Shown one piece after another: positions 46,029 to 55,632 of a stretch of DNA of 64,000 bases. The position numbers and the translations under genes are program-made. Below the pieces are notes generated by a model that saw nothing but the letters and a program-made list of their open reading frames with translations, was not told the origin of the DNA and made no database searches. Source of the DNA: an uncultured Bacteroidales bacterium (GTDB lineage: Bacteria > Bacteroidota > Bacteroidia > Bacteroidales > UBA932); NCBI GenBank assembly GCA_944326355.1, contig CALVDO010000006.1, positions 16,163 through 80,162 on the forward strand. The letters are read 5' to 3'. Each line of letters starts with the position of its first letter. Positions within the stretch are counted from its first letter, which is position 1.

Positions 46029-47225
46029 CTACTCGATGACTACGCATCTGTTGAGAAGCGGATCGCCCCATCTGTCCACCTCGCTGCCGGCAGCCTTGAT
46101 CACAAGTCTGTCCGCAGACACTCCGTACTTGGTCTGGAGAAGATTATAGACATATTCCACTCTCAGCTTGCTGAGCTCCTGATTACGCTTCTTGGAACCT
46201 GTCTGCCTGTCGGCATATCCGGTAAGAGTGAAGACCTTGTCTGCATCCTGAGCGATCACGTTCTTGAGATAGAAGTCGAGATGGAAAAGCTCCTGCGGAG
46301 AAAGCTCAGTCTGACCGATCTCGAAGAACACGGCGCCCGGAGTGACGTCGAGCATGACTTTCTCAACTTTTGCAGGCTTTGCCTGAAGAGTCTCAACCGC
46401 CTCCCTGAGGGCGGCATTCTCAGCCGCGAGCTCGGCCTTGTCGTTCTCCACGTCCGCCTTCTCGTTCTCGAGAGCGTCATTGAGAGTCTGGAGTGTGGCT
46501 ATGCGGCCTGCGTACTCGTCAGTGTGAGAGCGCTTGAAACCCGTTCTGCCGAGCTTGAACGATACTCCGAACGTCGCCGACGTCATTCCGGCCACTCCTC
46601 CGACAGGAGAAGAGTCATAGCCCTGCTTCACGATGAGCTGGCGCACCTCAAGCGTGAGATCGACCCTGTTGCTTACCCTGATGTTGTTCAGGAGGCCGAC
46701 TCCGGCGGCAAACTCATTGTTGGCAAAACCGTTCTTGAACGAACGGGCGAGACCTGCCGTAAGGAACGGGACGAAATTCCATGTCCTGGTCTCCTTATAG
46801 CCGCTGAACGCGTTGGAAATGTTCCAGAGCACGTCTCCATGGACATAGGCGGTGTTGAACGCGTTTTTATAGCGTCCGTCATCACCCATTCTCTTAAAAT
46901 ACGGATACTGGGCGGAAGTCCAGCTCGAGGCGGTCAGCCCCTGATATCCGATCCTTAATCCGACACTTGGAGTCACCCACTTTCCGATGTTGATGTCAAG
47001 AGCCGGATTGATGCCGCCGGCATCGGTAAATGAATTCTCAAACAAGTTGATACCGCCGGCAACGCCGATCCAGACATTGTCAAAGAGTCTGTTCGTTTCA
47101 TACGGACCTCTGACGACCTTACCGTTCTCGTCACGGTTGTTGTTCTCCTGAGCATACAGGCTCAGACCGGCCGCACAAATCATGACTGCGACTGCCACGG
47201 CCCTGAGAAAAGAATTAGTTTTCAT
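46029..47225 (-). CDS. OmpA-family outer-membrane protein (beta-barrel + coiled coil + OmpA_C peptidoglycan-binding domain)
   Basis: 398 aa. The signal is AVAVMICAAGLSLYAQ. The coiled coil is LENEKADVENDKAELAAENAALREAVETLQ. The C-terminal region FEIGQTEL...TGYADRQTGSKKRNQELSKLRVEYV matches OmpA_C. Confidence 0.8.
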   Translation of the reverse strand: MKTNSFLRAVAVAVMICAAGLSLYAQENNNRDENGKVVRGPYETNRLFDNVWIGVAGGINLFENSFTDAGGINPALDINIGKWVTPSVGLRIGYQGLTASSWTSAQYPYFKRMGDDGRYKNAFNTAYVHGDVLWNISNAFSGYKETRTWNFVPFLTAGLARSFKNGFANNEFAAGVGLLNNIRVSNRVDLTLEVRQLIVKQGYDSSPVGGVAGMTSATFGVSFKLGRTGFKRSHTDEYAGRIATLQTLNDALENEKADVENDKAELAAENAALREAVETLQAKPAKVEKVMLDVTPGAVFFEIGQTELSPQELFHLDFYLKNVIAQDADKVFTLTGYADRQTGSKKRNQELSKLRVEYVYNLLQTKYGVSADRLVIKAAGSEVDRWGDPLLNRCVVIE

Positions 47226-47366
47226 ACCTCTGAGTTAAATTCGTCAAAAAACCTTGCAATAGTCGTTTGCACGACTCGCAAATATAGGACAATTTATCCA
47301 AATACCGAATAATTAGAATCTTTTATTTCTTTTGTGCCTTTTTCGACAGAATGAGGCGAACTTCAT

Positions 47367-48221
47367 TCATTCGGCGCCGCATCTTTTCAGGAAACACTCG
47401 ATGGTATTCTCCATAAGGCAGCAGATGGTCATCGGCCCTACGCCTCCGGGAACCGGAGTTATGAGCGAGGCCTTCGGCTCAACCGCAGCGAAGTCCACAT
47501 CGCCGCAGAGCTTGCCGGTCTCAGGATCCCGGTTGACCCCGACATCTATCACAGCGGCCCCTTCAGCCACCATATCGGCAGTCACGAATCTCGGACGCCC
47601 GATGGCCACCACCAGAATCTCCGCCTGTCTGGTCAGTGAAGCGAGGTCCTTAGTGCGGCTGTGAGCGATCGTAACCGTAGCGTTCTCGTCCAGAAGCAGC
47701 TTCGCCACCGGAAGGCCCACGATATTGCTCCTGCCTATGACGACAGCACGTTTGCCGGCAATCTCCACTCCCGCAGTCTTAAGCATACGGATGATGCCTT
47801 TCGGAGTACACGGGAGCACGCACGGCTGCTTCTGCCACAGTGCCGCCACATTGAGAGGATGGAAGCCGTCCACGTCCTTCTCCTTTGCTATGGCTTCTAT
47901 TACCTTTGCCTCATTGATGTGCGCAGGCAAAGGAAGCTGCACAAGAATCCCGTCAACCCCGTCATCGGCATTAAGTCCGGCTATCATCTCCAGAAGCTCA
48001 TGCTCGGACACCGACTCCGGCATCCGCACAGTAGTGTTTCTTATCCCGACAGCCTCTGAAGCCTTGGCCTTACCCGTGACGTATGAGACGCTTGCGGGGT
48101 CATCACCGACAAGCACTACCACCAGATGCGGCACACGGCCGTATTTTTCAGGAAACGTGGCCACCTGAATGGCCATTTCCGCCTTCAGCCTCGCTGAAAG
48201 CTCTTTACCGCTTATGATCAT
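47367..48221 (-). CDS. folD: bifunctional 5,10-methylene-THF dehydrogenase / 5,10-methenyl-THF cyclohydrolase
   Basis: 284 aa. MIISGKELS..., LVVVLVGDDPASVSYV, GILVQLPLP, CTPKGI, AVVIGRSNIVGLPVA and PVPGGVGPMT. Confidence 0.9.
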   Translation of the reverse strand: MIISGKELSARLKAEMAIQVATFPEKYGRVPHLVVVLVGDDPASVSYVTGKAKASEAVGIRNTTVRMPESVSEHELLEMIAGLNADDGVDGILVQLPLPAHINEAKVIEAIAKEKDVDGFHPLNVAALWQKQPCVLPCTPKGIIRMLKTAGVEIAGKRAVVIGRSNIVGLPVAKLLLDENATVTIAHSRTKDLASLTRQAEILVVAIGRPRFVTADMVAEGAAVIDVGVNRDPETGKLCGDVDFAAVEPKASLITPVPGGVGPMTICCLMENTIECFLKRCGAE

Positions 48222-48243
48222 GTAAAATGTTTTAAATTCAGAT

Positions 48244-49515
48244 TCACTCCATCACTCTCCAGCCTATGTCCCTGCGCCAGAACAGATCGGCGCATCTTAT
48301 CTTCCCTACGGCCTCGAGAGCCTTGTCGTGAGCCTGACGGAGAGTGTCGGCGAAGCCTATGACCATAAGCACACGGCCTCCATTGACGCATGTCATGCCA
48401 TCCTTCATGGCCGTTCCCATGTGGTATATCCTCACGTCAGGATCGCTGAGGGCGTCCTCAAGACCTTCAATCGGACAACCCTTCCGATAAGATCCGGGAT
48501 AGCCCTTCGAAGCCATCACAAAGCCCATCGAAGCCCTGTCCGACCATACGAGCTCAGGCATCGGCGTGCCGTCGGCGACTGCCGAGAACACGTCATAGGC
48601 ATCCGTCTGAAGCAGCGGCAGCACGACTTCCGTCTCCGGATCTCCGAAACGGCAGTTGAACTCTATCACCTTTATGCCTGAAGGAGTCTTCATGAGTCCG
48701 CCGTAAAGCACTCCGCTGAACGGAATGCCCTCTGCGACCATCTCTCCGGCCACCGGCTTCATGATATGCTCGAGCGCATATTCCCTGTCCTCAGGAGTTA
48801 TGAACGGAAGCGGAGAATATGCCCCCATGCCTCCAGTATTGGGTCCCTTGTCTCCCTCGTATGCCCGCTTGTGGTCCTGCGAAAGGGCCATAGGCCATAC
48901 TTTCTCGCCATCCACAAAGCACATGAACGAGAATTCAGGTCCTGTCAGAAATTCCTCCACGACCACCTTGCCCTTGCCGAACCTGTCGTCCAGCAGCATG
49001 TCCTTCAATGCGGCTTCCGCCTCCTGCGGAGTCTCCGCTATCACGACGCCCTTCCCTGCCGCAAGACCGTCATACTTGAGCACCACCGGAAAAGAGCCCT
49101 TCATGACATGCTCATGAGCCTCGGCATAGTCCGAAAATGTCCTGTAGCCGGCGGTAGGCACTCCGCACTTGCTCATCAGCCTCTTGGCGAAGTCCTTGCT
49201 GGACTCTATCGCGGCTGCGGCCCGGGTCGGTCCGAAGATTCTGAGCCCGGCGGAGCGGAAGACGTCCGTGATCCCTGCGGCAAGGGCAGACTCCGGACCT
49301 ACAACTGTCAGATCGATGCCGTTGGCCAGAGCGAAATCCCTGAGGTCGTCCACCTGCACGTCCTTGACAGGAACGCACTCCGCCTGAGCGGCGATGCCGG
49401 CGTTTCCAGGAGCGCAATATATCTTTTCAACTTTCGGAGAACGCGACAGCGCGTCAACTATGGCATGACAGCGTCCTCCGCCGCCCACCACCAGAACTTT
49501 ATGTCCCATAGTCAA
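48244..49515 (-). CDS. purD: phosphoribosylamine--glycine ligase
   Basis: 423 aa. KVLVVGGGGRCHAI, PGNAG, VVLKYDGLAAGKGVVIA, VIEFNCRFGDPE and GGRVL. Confidence 0.95.
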   Translation of the reverse strand: MTMGHKVLVVGGGGRCHAIVDALSRSPKVEKIYCAPGNAGIAAQAECVPVKDVQVDDLRDFALANGIDLTVVGPESALAAGITDVFRSAGLRIFGPTRAAAAIESSKDFAKRLMSKCGVPTAGYRTFSDYAEAHEHVMKGSFPVVLKYDGLAAGKGVVIAETPQEAEAALKDMLLDDRFGKGKVVVEEFLTGPEFSFMCFVDGEKVWPMALSQDHKRAYEGDKGPNTGGMGAYSPLPFITPEDREYALEHIMKPVAGEMVAEGIPFSGVLYGGLMKTPSGIKVIEFNCRFGDPETEVVLPLLQTDAYDVFSAVADGTPMPELVWSDRASMGFVMASKGYPGSYRKGCPIEGLEDALSDPDVRIYHMGTAMKDGMTCVNGGRVLMVIGFADTLRQAHDKALEAVGKIRCADLFWRRDIGWRVME

Positions 49516-49566
49516 ATGTCAATTATAAATTATCGGCATCGTCCGGCTTCCGCCGGCAGAAATGTC

Positions 49567-51117
49567 TCAGTGCTTGAAGTGGCGGCTGCCGGTGAAGAGC
49601 ATCGAGATTCCGCACTCATCGGCCTTCGCTATCGAATCATTGTCCCTTATGCTTCCGCCGGGCTGTACGATGGACTTGACTCCATACTGCGCCGCAAGAG
49701 CCACGCAGTCGTCAAACGGGAAGAATCCGTCCGAGGCGAGCACCAGCCCCTCCTCCTCAATCTTCCTGCCACCTTCCGCGAGAGTTGCAGATGCCTGCTT
49801 CAGAGCTATTTCAGCCGAGCCGATTCGGTTCATCTGACCTGCGCCGACTCCGTATGTCATTCCGTTCTTCACCACCACAATGGCGTTGGACTTCACATGC
49901 TTGACTATTCTCCAGGCGAAATTGAGGTCGCTCATGTCTTCAGCGGCCGGAGCGGCTTTGGTGACACACATCGAAGGAGTTACAGTCTCTGTCACAAGAT
50001 CCTGATCCTGAACGAGAAGACCGCCATTGACACTCACATACTGGCTTCTCTCCCTTCCGTCTCTGGTCATGTCGACCTTCAGCAGACGGAGATTTTTCTT
50101 TGTGCGGAGAAGCTCGAGAGCCTCGTCAGAGAAGGACGGCGCCATGATTATTTCCAGAAACACAGGCTTCATGAGCTGCGCCGTCGCAAGGTCGATCTCG
50201 CGGTTAGTTGCGACGATGCCGCCGAAGATGCTCACCTTGTCGGCCTCGAAAGCCTTTTTCCACGCCTCGGTCACGTCTGCGCCTACGGCTGCCCCGCACG
50301 GATTCATGTGCTTGAGCCCCACGCAGAACGGCTCGTCAAACTCCCTTACGATGTTGAGAGCCGCATTGGCGTCCTGTATATTATTGTATGAAAGCTCCTT
50401 GCCATTGAGCTGCTCTGCCGATGCGAGAGAATACGGCTCCTTTTCCTGCGCCGCATAGAATTTGGCATGCTGATGAGGGTTCTCCCCATAACGGAGCGAC
50501 TGGAGAAGATCATATTCAAGAAAGAGCTTCTCGTTCAGCCCGGCCTGACGCCTCATGTAGGTGGCAATCATAATGTCATACTCAGCAGTATGGGTGTATG
50601 CCTTGGCGGAAAGCCTGAGTCTGGTCTCGGCAGAGACGGAACCGGATGTCTTCAGCTCGTCAATGACAATGTCATAGTCTTCAGGATGGCACACGACGGT
50701 GACGTCCTTCCAGTTCTTTGCCGCACTGCGGAGCATCGACGGGCCGCCTATGTCGATGTTCTCGATAGCGTCCTCCATTGTCACGTCCGGCCTTGATATG
50801 GTCTGACGGAACGGGTAGAGATTGACGCAAACGAGGTCGATGTATTCTATGCCGTTCTCGGCGAGTTCCCTGCGGTGGCTTTCGAGATCCCTGCGGCCGA
50901 GAAGAGCCCCATGCACTTTCGGATGAAGAGTCTTCACCCTTCCGTCACAGATCTCGGGAAAACCTGTTACCTCGCTGATGTTTATCACTTTAAGTCCCGC
51001 TTCCTGCAGGAGCTTCATCGTGCCTCCGGTGGCTATGATCTCCCAACCGAGGGACACGAGACGGCTGGCGAACTCCACGACGCCGGTCTTGTCACTTACT
51101 GAAAATAACGCTCTCAT
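49567..51117 (-). CDS. purH: bifunctional AICAR formyltransferase / IMP cyclohydrolase
   Basis: 516 aa. MRALFSVSDKTG (MGS domain), GRVKTLHPKVHG, IDIGGPSMLRSAAKN, LRYGENPHQ and QPGGSIRD. Confidence 0.95.
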   Translation of the reverse strand: MRALFSVSDKTGVVEFASRLVSLGWEIIATGGTMKLLQEAGLKVINISEVTGFPEICDGRVKTLHPKVHGALLGRRDLESHRRELAENGIEYIDLVCVNLYPFRQTISRPDVTMEDAIENIDIGGPSMLRSAAKNWKDVTVVCHPEDYDIVIDELKTSGSVSAETRLRLSAKAYTHTAEYDIMIATYMRRQAGLNEKLFLEYDLLQSLRYGENPHQHAKFYAAQEKEPYSLASAEQLNGKELSYNNIQDANAALNIVREFDEPFCVGLKHMNPCGAAVGADVTEAWKKAFEADKVSIFGGIVATNREIDLATAQLMKPVFLEIIMAPSFSDEALELLRTKKNLRLLKVDMTRDGRERSQYVSVNGGLLVQDQDLVTETVTPSMCVTKAAPAAEDMSDLNFAWRIVKHVKSNAIVVVKNGMTYGVGAGQMNRIGSAEIALKQASATLAEGGRKIEEEGLVLASDGFFPFDDCVALAAQYGVKSIVQPGGSIRDNDSIAKADECGISMLFTGSRHFKH

Positions 51118-51216
51118 TGACGCTCTATAATATTTATTTGATTTTCTGAAGATTCAGACAGAAACGGCATCCGGTCACAGCCCGACAGCCGACTCCGGTC
51201 CGGATGCGGCCCGATC

Positions 51217-52269
51217 TCAGATGATCCGTACTCCGGGCTCTGAAGTGACCCTTCCGATCACCGACGCAGTCTCTCCGTGTGAAGCGAGGATGGATATCAC
51301 CCTGTCTGCCTCGGCAGCATCGACGGCGAGCACCATGCCGATACCCATATTGAAGATGTTGAACATCTCCCTGTGAGCAATCTTACCGTATTTCTCAAGG
51401 AAACGGAATATCGGAAGGATCTCCCACGAGCCTTCCTTCACCTCGATTCCCTGCCCTTCTTTGAGTATCCTCGGGATATTCTCATCGAAGCCGCCTCCGG
51501 TGATATGGGCCACACCATGCACGTCGCAGCTGCGGATGACGTCGAGAACAGGCTTGACATATATCCTGGTAGGAGTCAGCGCCACCTCCCCGAGAATCCT
51601 CCCGTCGAGCTCCGGATAAGGAGCCCTGATGTCCAGTTCATTGTCCGCAAATATCTTGCGCACAAGGCTGAAGCCGTTTGAATGAATGCCCGAAGAGGCG
51701 ATTCCGACAAGCACGTCCCCCGCCTTTACCTTGCTGCCGTCTATGAGTCTGGACTTCTCCACTACTCCGGTAGTGAAGCCGGCGATGTCGTATTCTCCGT
51801 CCTCATACATTCCGGGCATCTCGGCAGTCTCTCCGCCGACAAGCGCACAGCCTGCCTGACGGCAGCCCTCGGCCACGCCCGAGACTATGGCCTCAATCTT
51901 GGCCGGCTCATTGTGTCCCACAGCCACATAGTCAAGGAAGAAGAGCGGCTCCGCTCCCTGAGCGAGAACATCATTGACGCACATGGCGACAGCATCAATA
52001 CCGATGGTGTCATGCCTGTCCATTGCGAAGGCGAGCTTGAGCTTCGTGCCGACGCCGTCCGTGCCGCTGACGAGCACCGGCTCCCGGACGTCAAGCGATG
52101 AAAGGTCGAACATTCCCCCGAACGAGCCTATGTTGCCCATCACACCCTTTCGTGACGTTGACGCCACATGACTTTTGATCCTGCGGACCACCTCGTAACC
52201 TGCCTCAAGGTTTACTCCCGCCTTTTCGTAACTGACTGCCATATTATTATAATGTATATGATTTTTCAA
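51217..52269 (-). CDS. purM: phosphoribosylformylglycinamidine cyclo-ligase (AIR synthase)
   Basis: [33 protein letters not shown] and GIHSNGFSL. The start is probably 52242 ([10 protein letters not shown]). Confidence 0.95.
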   Translation of the reverse strand: MKNHIHYNNMAVSYEKAGVNLEAGYEVVRRIKSHVASTSRKGVMGNIGSFGGMFDLSSLDVREPVLVSGTDGVGTKLKLAFAMDRHDTIGIDAVAMCVNDVLAQGAEPLFFLDYVAVGHNEPAKIEAIVSGVAEGCRQAGCALVGGETAEMPGMYEDGEYDIAGFTTGVVEKSRLIDGSKVKAGDVLVGIASSGIHSNGFSLVRKIFADNELDIRAPYPELDGRILGEVALTPTRIYVKPVLDVIRSCDVHGVAHITGGGFDENIPRILKEGQGIEVKEGSWEILPIFRFLEKYGKIAHREMFNIFNMGIGMVLAVDAAEADRVISILASHGETASVIGRVTSEPGVRII

Positions 52270-52432
52270 AATCCGCCATTCCGGCCGTTAAGACCGGTCT
52301 TCAGGCTGAGCTTTCCTTCCGCCCGGAGGTCTCTGCAGACGGTCTGCCGACACATCCTGCAAATATATTACTTTTCCATCACATTGCCATGACTCCGGCC
52401 GCTCTCTGCCGTTCTCTGCCAGCCCCGTGCAA

Positions 52433-53251
52433 TCAGGGGCGAGAAGTGTAGCTGAGCGCGGCGCCTATGGCCGTGCGGTATTCGGGATACTCGGGTATGT
52501 GCATCCTGATGTCATACAGGGCCTCTATCCTGTCGAAGAGAGGACGGCTCTGCGGGAGCAGGGGAAGATTGCCGATGAGCACGAAATCACGGACGGAAGT
52601 ACTGAACGCCACGAGATTGGCGGCACTGCCTATCGTCTGGAGAATCATGTTGACTATGCCTGCGGCGATGTCGTCGGGAGCCGCGTTGGCTTCCGCCTTT
52701 CCGAAATTTGACGCCGTCACCCCGTGCGGAAGTCCAGGAATCTCTACTCTGGAGATGTCCCGGATCTGGAGATCCACTCTGGACGTGTCTCCGCGCATGG
52801 CCATATTGACCACATGGCTGATGTCATGCGAATGGAAAAGCACTCGGGAAAGTCCCTGAAGCGTGCCTCCTCCTATCGCCATACCTCCGATATGCTCGAT
52901 GTCGTCTCCGTCAACCCTTATGAACGACGTGCCGGTGCCCATGCTCACGACGATCATCCTGCTGAGCCCGCTGCGGAACTTCGCGCCGAGAGCATTCGCC
53001 AGGAACTCGTCCGTACGCGCTGTCGGAAGACCGTAGAGACTGCCCTCGACATAGGCGCTGCCCACTCCGGTGAGCATGACCTGCTCGACATCCTCGAGAT
53101 CTATCTGATTATCATAAATATATTTGCCGAAAGCTCCGAACAGGGAAGTTATCGGATCCGCGGCCGTGATGAACTGGGGCGACTTCACTTCGCCGTCCTC
53201 GATTCCCACTATCTTCGTGGTACTTCCGCCCACGTCTATTCCTATGACCAT
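52433..53251 (-). CDS. type II pantothenate kinase-like ASKHA kinase (CoaW-like)
   Basis: 272 aa. By-eye alignment to my recollection of Staphylococcus CoaW finds MVIGIDVGGSTTKIVG, VSMGTGTSF, IGGMAIGGGTLQGL, MAMRGDTSRVDLQIRDI, VTASNFG and AIGAAL, all in the same order. Confidence 0.6.
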   Translation of the reverse strand: MVIGIDVGGSTTKIVGIEDGEVKSPQFITAADPITSLFGAFGKYIYDNQIDLEDVEQVMLTGVGSAYVEGSLYGLPTARTDEFLANALGAKFRSGLSRMIVVSMGTGTSFIRVDGDDIEHIGGMAIGGGTLQGLSRVLFHSHDISHVVNMAMRGDTSRVDLQIRDISRVEIPGLPHGVTASNFGKAEANAAPDDIAAGIVNMILQTIGSAANLVAFSTSVRDFVLIGNLPLLPQSRPLFDRIEALYDIRMHIPEYPEYRTAIGAALSYTSRP

Positions 53252-53308
53252 AACAGCATTCTGTATTTTCCGCCGTCCATTCCCGGCATCAGGCTTAATC
53301 CTGCCATC

Positions 53309-55474
53309 TCAGAACTTTCCGTCCTTGTTGGCGTCTTCGACGGCCTGATACAGATCCGTCGGATACCGGCCGTTGAAACATGCAGTGCACATGTCCTGCC
53401 GATGCCCCGCCCTGAACAGCGCATCTTCAGAGAGAAACGCGAGCGAATCTGCGCCTATGGCCTCACGGGCCTCATCGACTGACCGTCTTGCGCAGAGAAG
53501 CTCATCATAGGTGGATATGTCCACCCCGTAGAAACACGGCATCCTGATGGCCGGGCTCGCGATGCGCAGATGCACCTCCAGTGCCCCCGCCTCCCTCAGC
53601 ATCGTCACTATCCTGCGGGAAGTAGTCCCCCTGACGATGGAGTCGTCCACCAGCACCACCCTCTTGCCTCTGACTATCGTCTTTACGGCGGAGAGTTTCA
53701 TCCTGACGCCCTTCTCGCGCATCGACTGCGAAGGCTGGATGAATGTCCTTCCGATGTACTTGTTCTTTATCAGTCCCATCTCATAAGGAAGGCCGCTCGC
53801 CTCGCTGTAGCCCATCGCCGCACTGAGGCTCGAATCCGGCACACCCACCACGATGTCGGCGTCCGCGGGAGCTTCCTCAAACAGCAGCCGTCCGCTCTCT
53901 TTCCTGAAACTGTGGACGTTGCGCCCCTCGATATCGCTGTCGGGCCGGGCAAAATATACATATTCCATAGCGCACATCGCGTTGCGCCGGTATTCGGAAT
54001 ACTTGCGGCTCCTGAGTCCATGACCGTCAATGGTTATTATCTCTCCCGGCTCGACGTCCCGCAGAAATTCCGCCCCTATGACATCAAAGGCGCAGGTCTC
54101 GCTGCTGAGCACATACCCGTTTCCGAGCCGTCCTATCGAAAGCGGACGCAGGCCATATTTGTCCCTGCAGGCATATATACGGTTCGATGTCATTATGATG
54201 AAAGCGAATGCCCCCTCGATCATGTTCAGAGCCTCGGTGATGGCGAAGATTCGCGGCTTGCCGGACGATTCCTTCTTGATCAGATGGGCAAGTATCTCGC
54301 TGTCCGAAGTCGACTGGAACAGGCTGCCCCTGTTCTCAAGAAAACGCCTCAGAGGCGCCGAATTGACGAGGTTGCCGTTATGCGCCAGAGCGAAATCCCC
54401 GGTGTTGTGGCGGAAGAGGAATGGCTGCACGTTCTCGATTCCGCCTCCGCCAGTCGTCGAGTAGCGCACATGTCCTATGGCCATGTTTCCCTTCAGGCCG
54501 GCAAGACGCTCCTCATTGAACACCTCGGACACGAGCCCTTCTCCCTTGATCCGCTTCAGAGTGCCTCTCTCGTCGGCAGTGACGATTCCGCAGCCCTCCT
54601 GCCCCCTGTGCTGAAGAGAATGAAGCCCGTAATATGTCAGTTCAGCGGCGTCCGGCACTCCATATACCGCAAACACTCCGCATTCTTCATGAAGTCCGTC
54701 ACCGCCATCGGGGTCTCTGAAAAACGGAGAGACCTTCAGAAGTCTTGAATATATCTCCCTGTATGCGTCGCCGACCTTTCCCATGTCCCGGCGAAACCTG
54801 TCCCTGTCCAGCCGCTCGCCTGTGGCAATGTCCCAGAGTCGGGCATTGTCAGGTGTGATGCAGTCCGACAGGAGGATGCTTCCGTCGGGCAGACGCCCGA
54901 ATTCGAGCTTGAAGTCTATCAGATCGATGCCGATGCTCTTGAACAGAGGAGTAAGAATCGAATTGATCTGCCCGGCCTGCGAATACATTTCCTGCAGTTC
55001 GCCGTAGCCGGCAATGCCGAGGGCCACGGCATGATGGTCGTTGATGAGAATGTCATCAGCACCCTCGCGCTTGAGATTGAGGTCGAAGATGACGTTCCCG
55101 GGTCTCACCCCTTCCTCAATCCCGAGTCTCCGCGCCATGGAACCGGCTATCGCGTTGCGAACAATCACTTCGACAGGAACAGGCTCTGTCCTGAGGCACA
55201 GCTGCGAGTCGGATGAAATGACTCTGATGAAGGGGGTCTTCACCCCGCCGTTCTTGAGATGTCCGGCCACCATTGCGGCCACGGCATTGTTGATCCTGCC
55301 CTTGCCTGCGATCTTCGCCTTCTTTATCATGCCGTATGCGGTGATGTCGTCAGTAAACGTCACGACCTCCGTCGAGGAATCGTCGCCTTCATATACCCTC
55401 ATCGACATTTCGTCACGCAGAATCCGGCCGCCGGCATCCTGTCTCAGCCGTTCTCCCGTATCCAATCCATTCAT
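53309..55474 (-). CDS. purC-purF: fusion protein: SAICAR synthase (PurC, ~aa 1-248) + propeptide-type amidophosphoribosyltransferase (PurF, from Cys265)
   Basis: This is a single uninterrupted 721-aa ORF. PurC blocks are PVEVIVRNAIAGSMARRLGIEEG, IDFKLEFG, PDNARLWD and DRDRFRRDMG. PurF blocks are GLHEECGVFAVYG, YYGLHSLQHRGQEGCGIV, the PRTase motif VVLVDDSIVRGTT, and the Fe-S Cys residues CFYGVD / CTACFNGRYP. Confidence 0.85.
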   Translation of the reverse strand: MNGLDTGERLRQDAGGRILRDEMSMRVYEGDDSSTEVVTFTDDITAYGMIKKAKIAGKGRINNAVAAMVAGHLKNGGVKTPFIRVISSDSQLCLRTEPVPVEVIVRNAIAGSMARRLGIEEGVRPGNVIFDLNLKREGADDILINDHHAVALGIAGYGELQEMYSQAGQINSILTPLFKSIGIDLIDFKLEFGRLPDGSILLSDCITPDNARLWDIATGERLDRDRFRRDMGKVGDAYREIYSRLLKVSPFFRDPDGGDGLHEECGVFAVYGVPDAAELTYYGLHSLQHRGQEGCGIVTADERGTLKRIKGEGLVSEVFNEERLAGLKGNMAIGHVRYSTTGGGGIENVQPFLFRHNTGDFALAHNGNLVNSAPLRRFLENRGSLFQSTSDSEILAHLIKKESSGKPRIFAITEALNMIEGAFAFIIMTSNRIYACRDKYGLRPLSIGRLGNGYVLSSETCAFDVIGAEFLRDVEPGEIITIDGHGLRSRKYSEYRRNAMCAMEYVYFARPDSDIEGRNVHSFRKESGRLLFEEAPADADIVVGVPDSSLSAAMGYSEASGLPYEMGLIKNKYIGRTFIQPSQSMREKGVRMKLSAVKTIVRGKRVVLVDDSIVRGTTSRRIVTMLREAGALEVHLRIASPAIRMPCFYGVDISTYDELLCARRSVDEAREAIGADSLAFLSEDALFRAGHRQDMCTACFNGRYPTDLYQAVEDANKDGKF

Positions 55475-55632
55475 CTCTGGTTCTGAGTTTTATAGTTCGT
55501 TTTAATTCTTGTCTCCGCCCAGAAATACATATAATATATGCTCAGGCAATCGCCGGCCCTGACGGAACATCAGCCGCCTGATAAGACTTTGCCCGGCCTC
55601 GGACATCTGGGCGTCCGGACCGGGCCAAAGCG

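Noticed and set aside
47263-47304. ompA-family promoter (TATATTTG at 47280..47287 on the minus strand)
   Set aside because: The -7 box matches, but the nearest TTTG is only 13 nt upstream instead of the expected 19-21 nt. The evidence is too weak to list as a feature.
48766-50391. 541-aa plus-strand ORF, plus similar long antisense ORFs at 58159..59445, 53570..54748, 29070..30059, 45954..46958 and 17901..18707
   Set aside because: Each lies entirely opposite a gene with strong family motifs (purD/purH, purL, purF, degT, ompA, GT4). Their translations are Arg/His/Leu-rich with no recognisable motifs. They are shadow ORFs typical of moderately GC-rich coding DNA.
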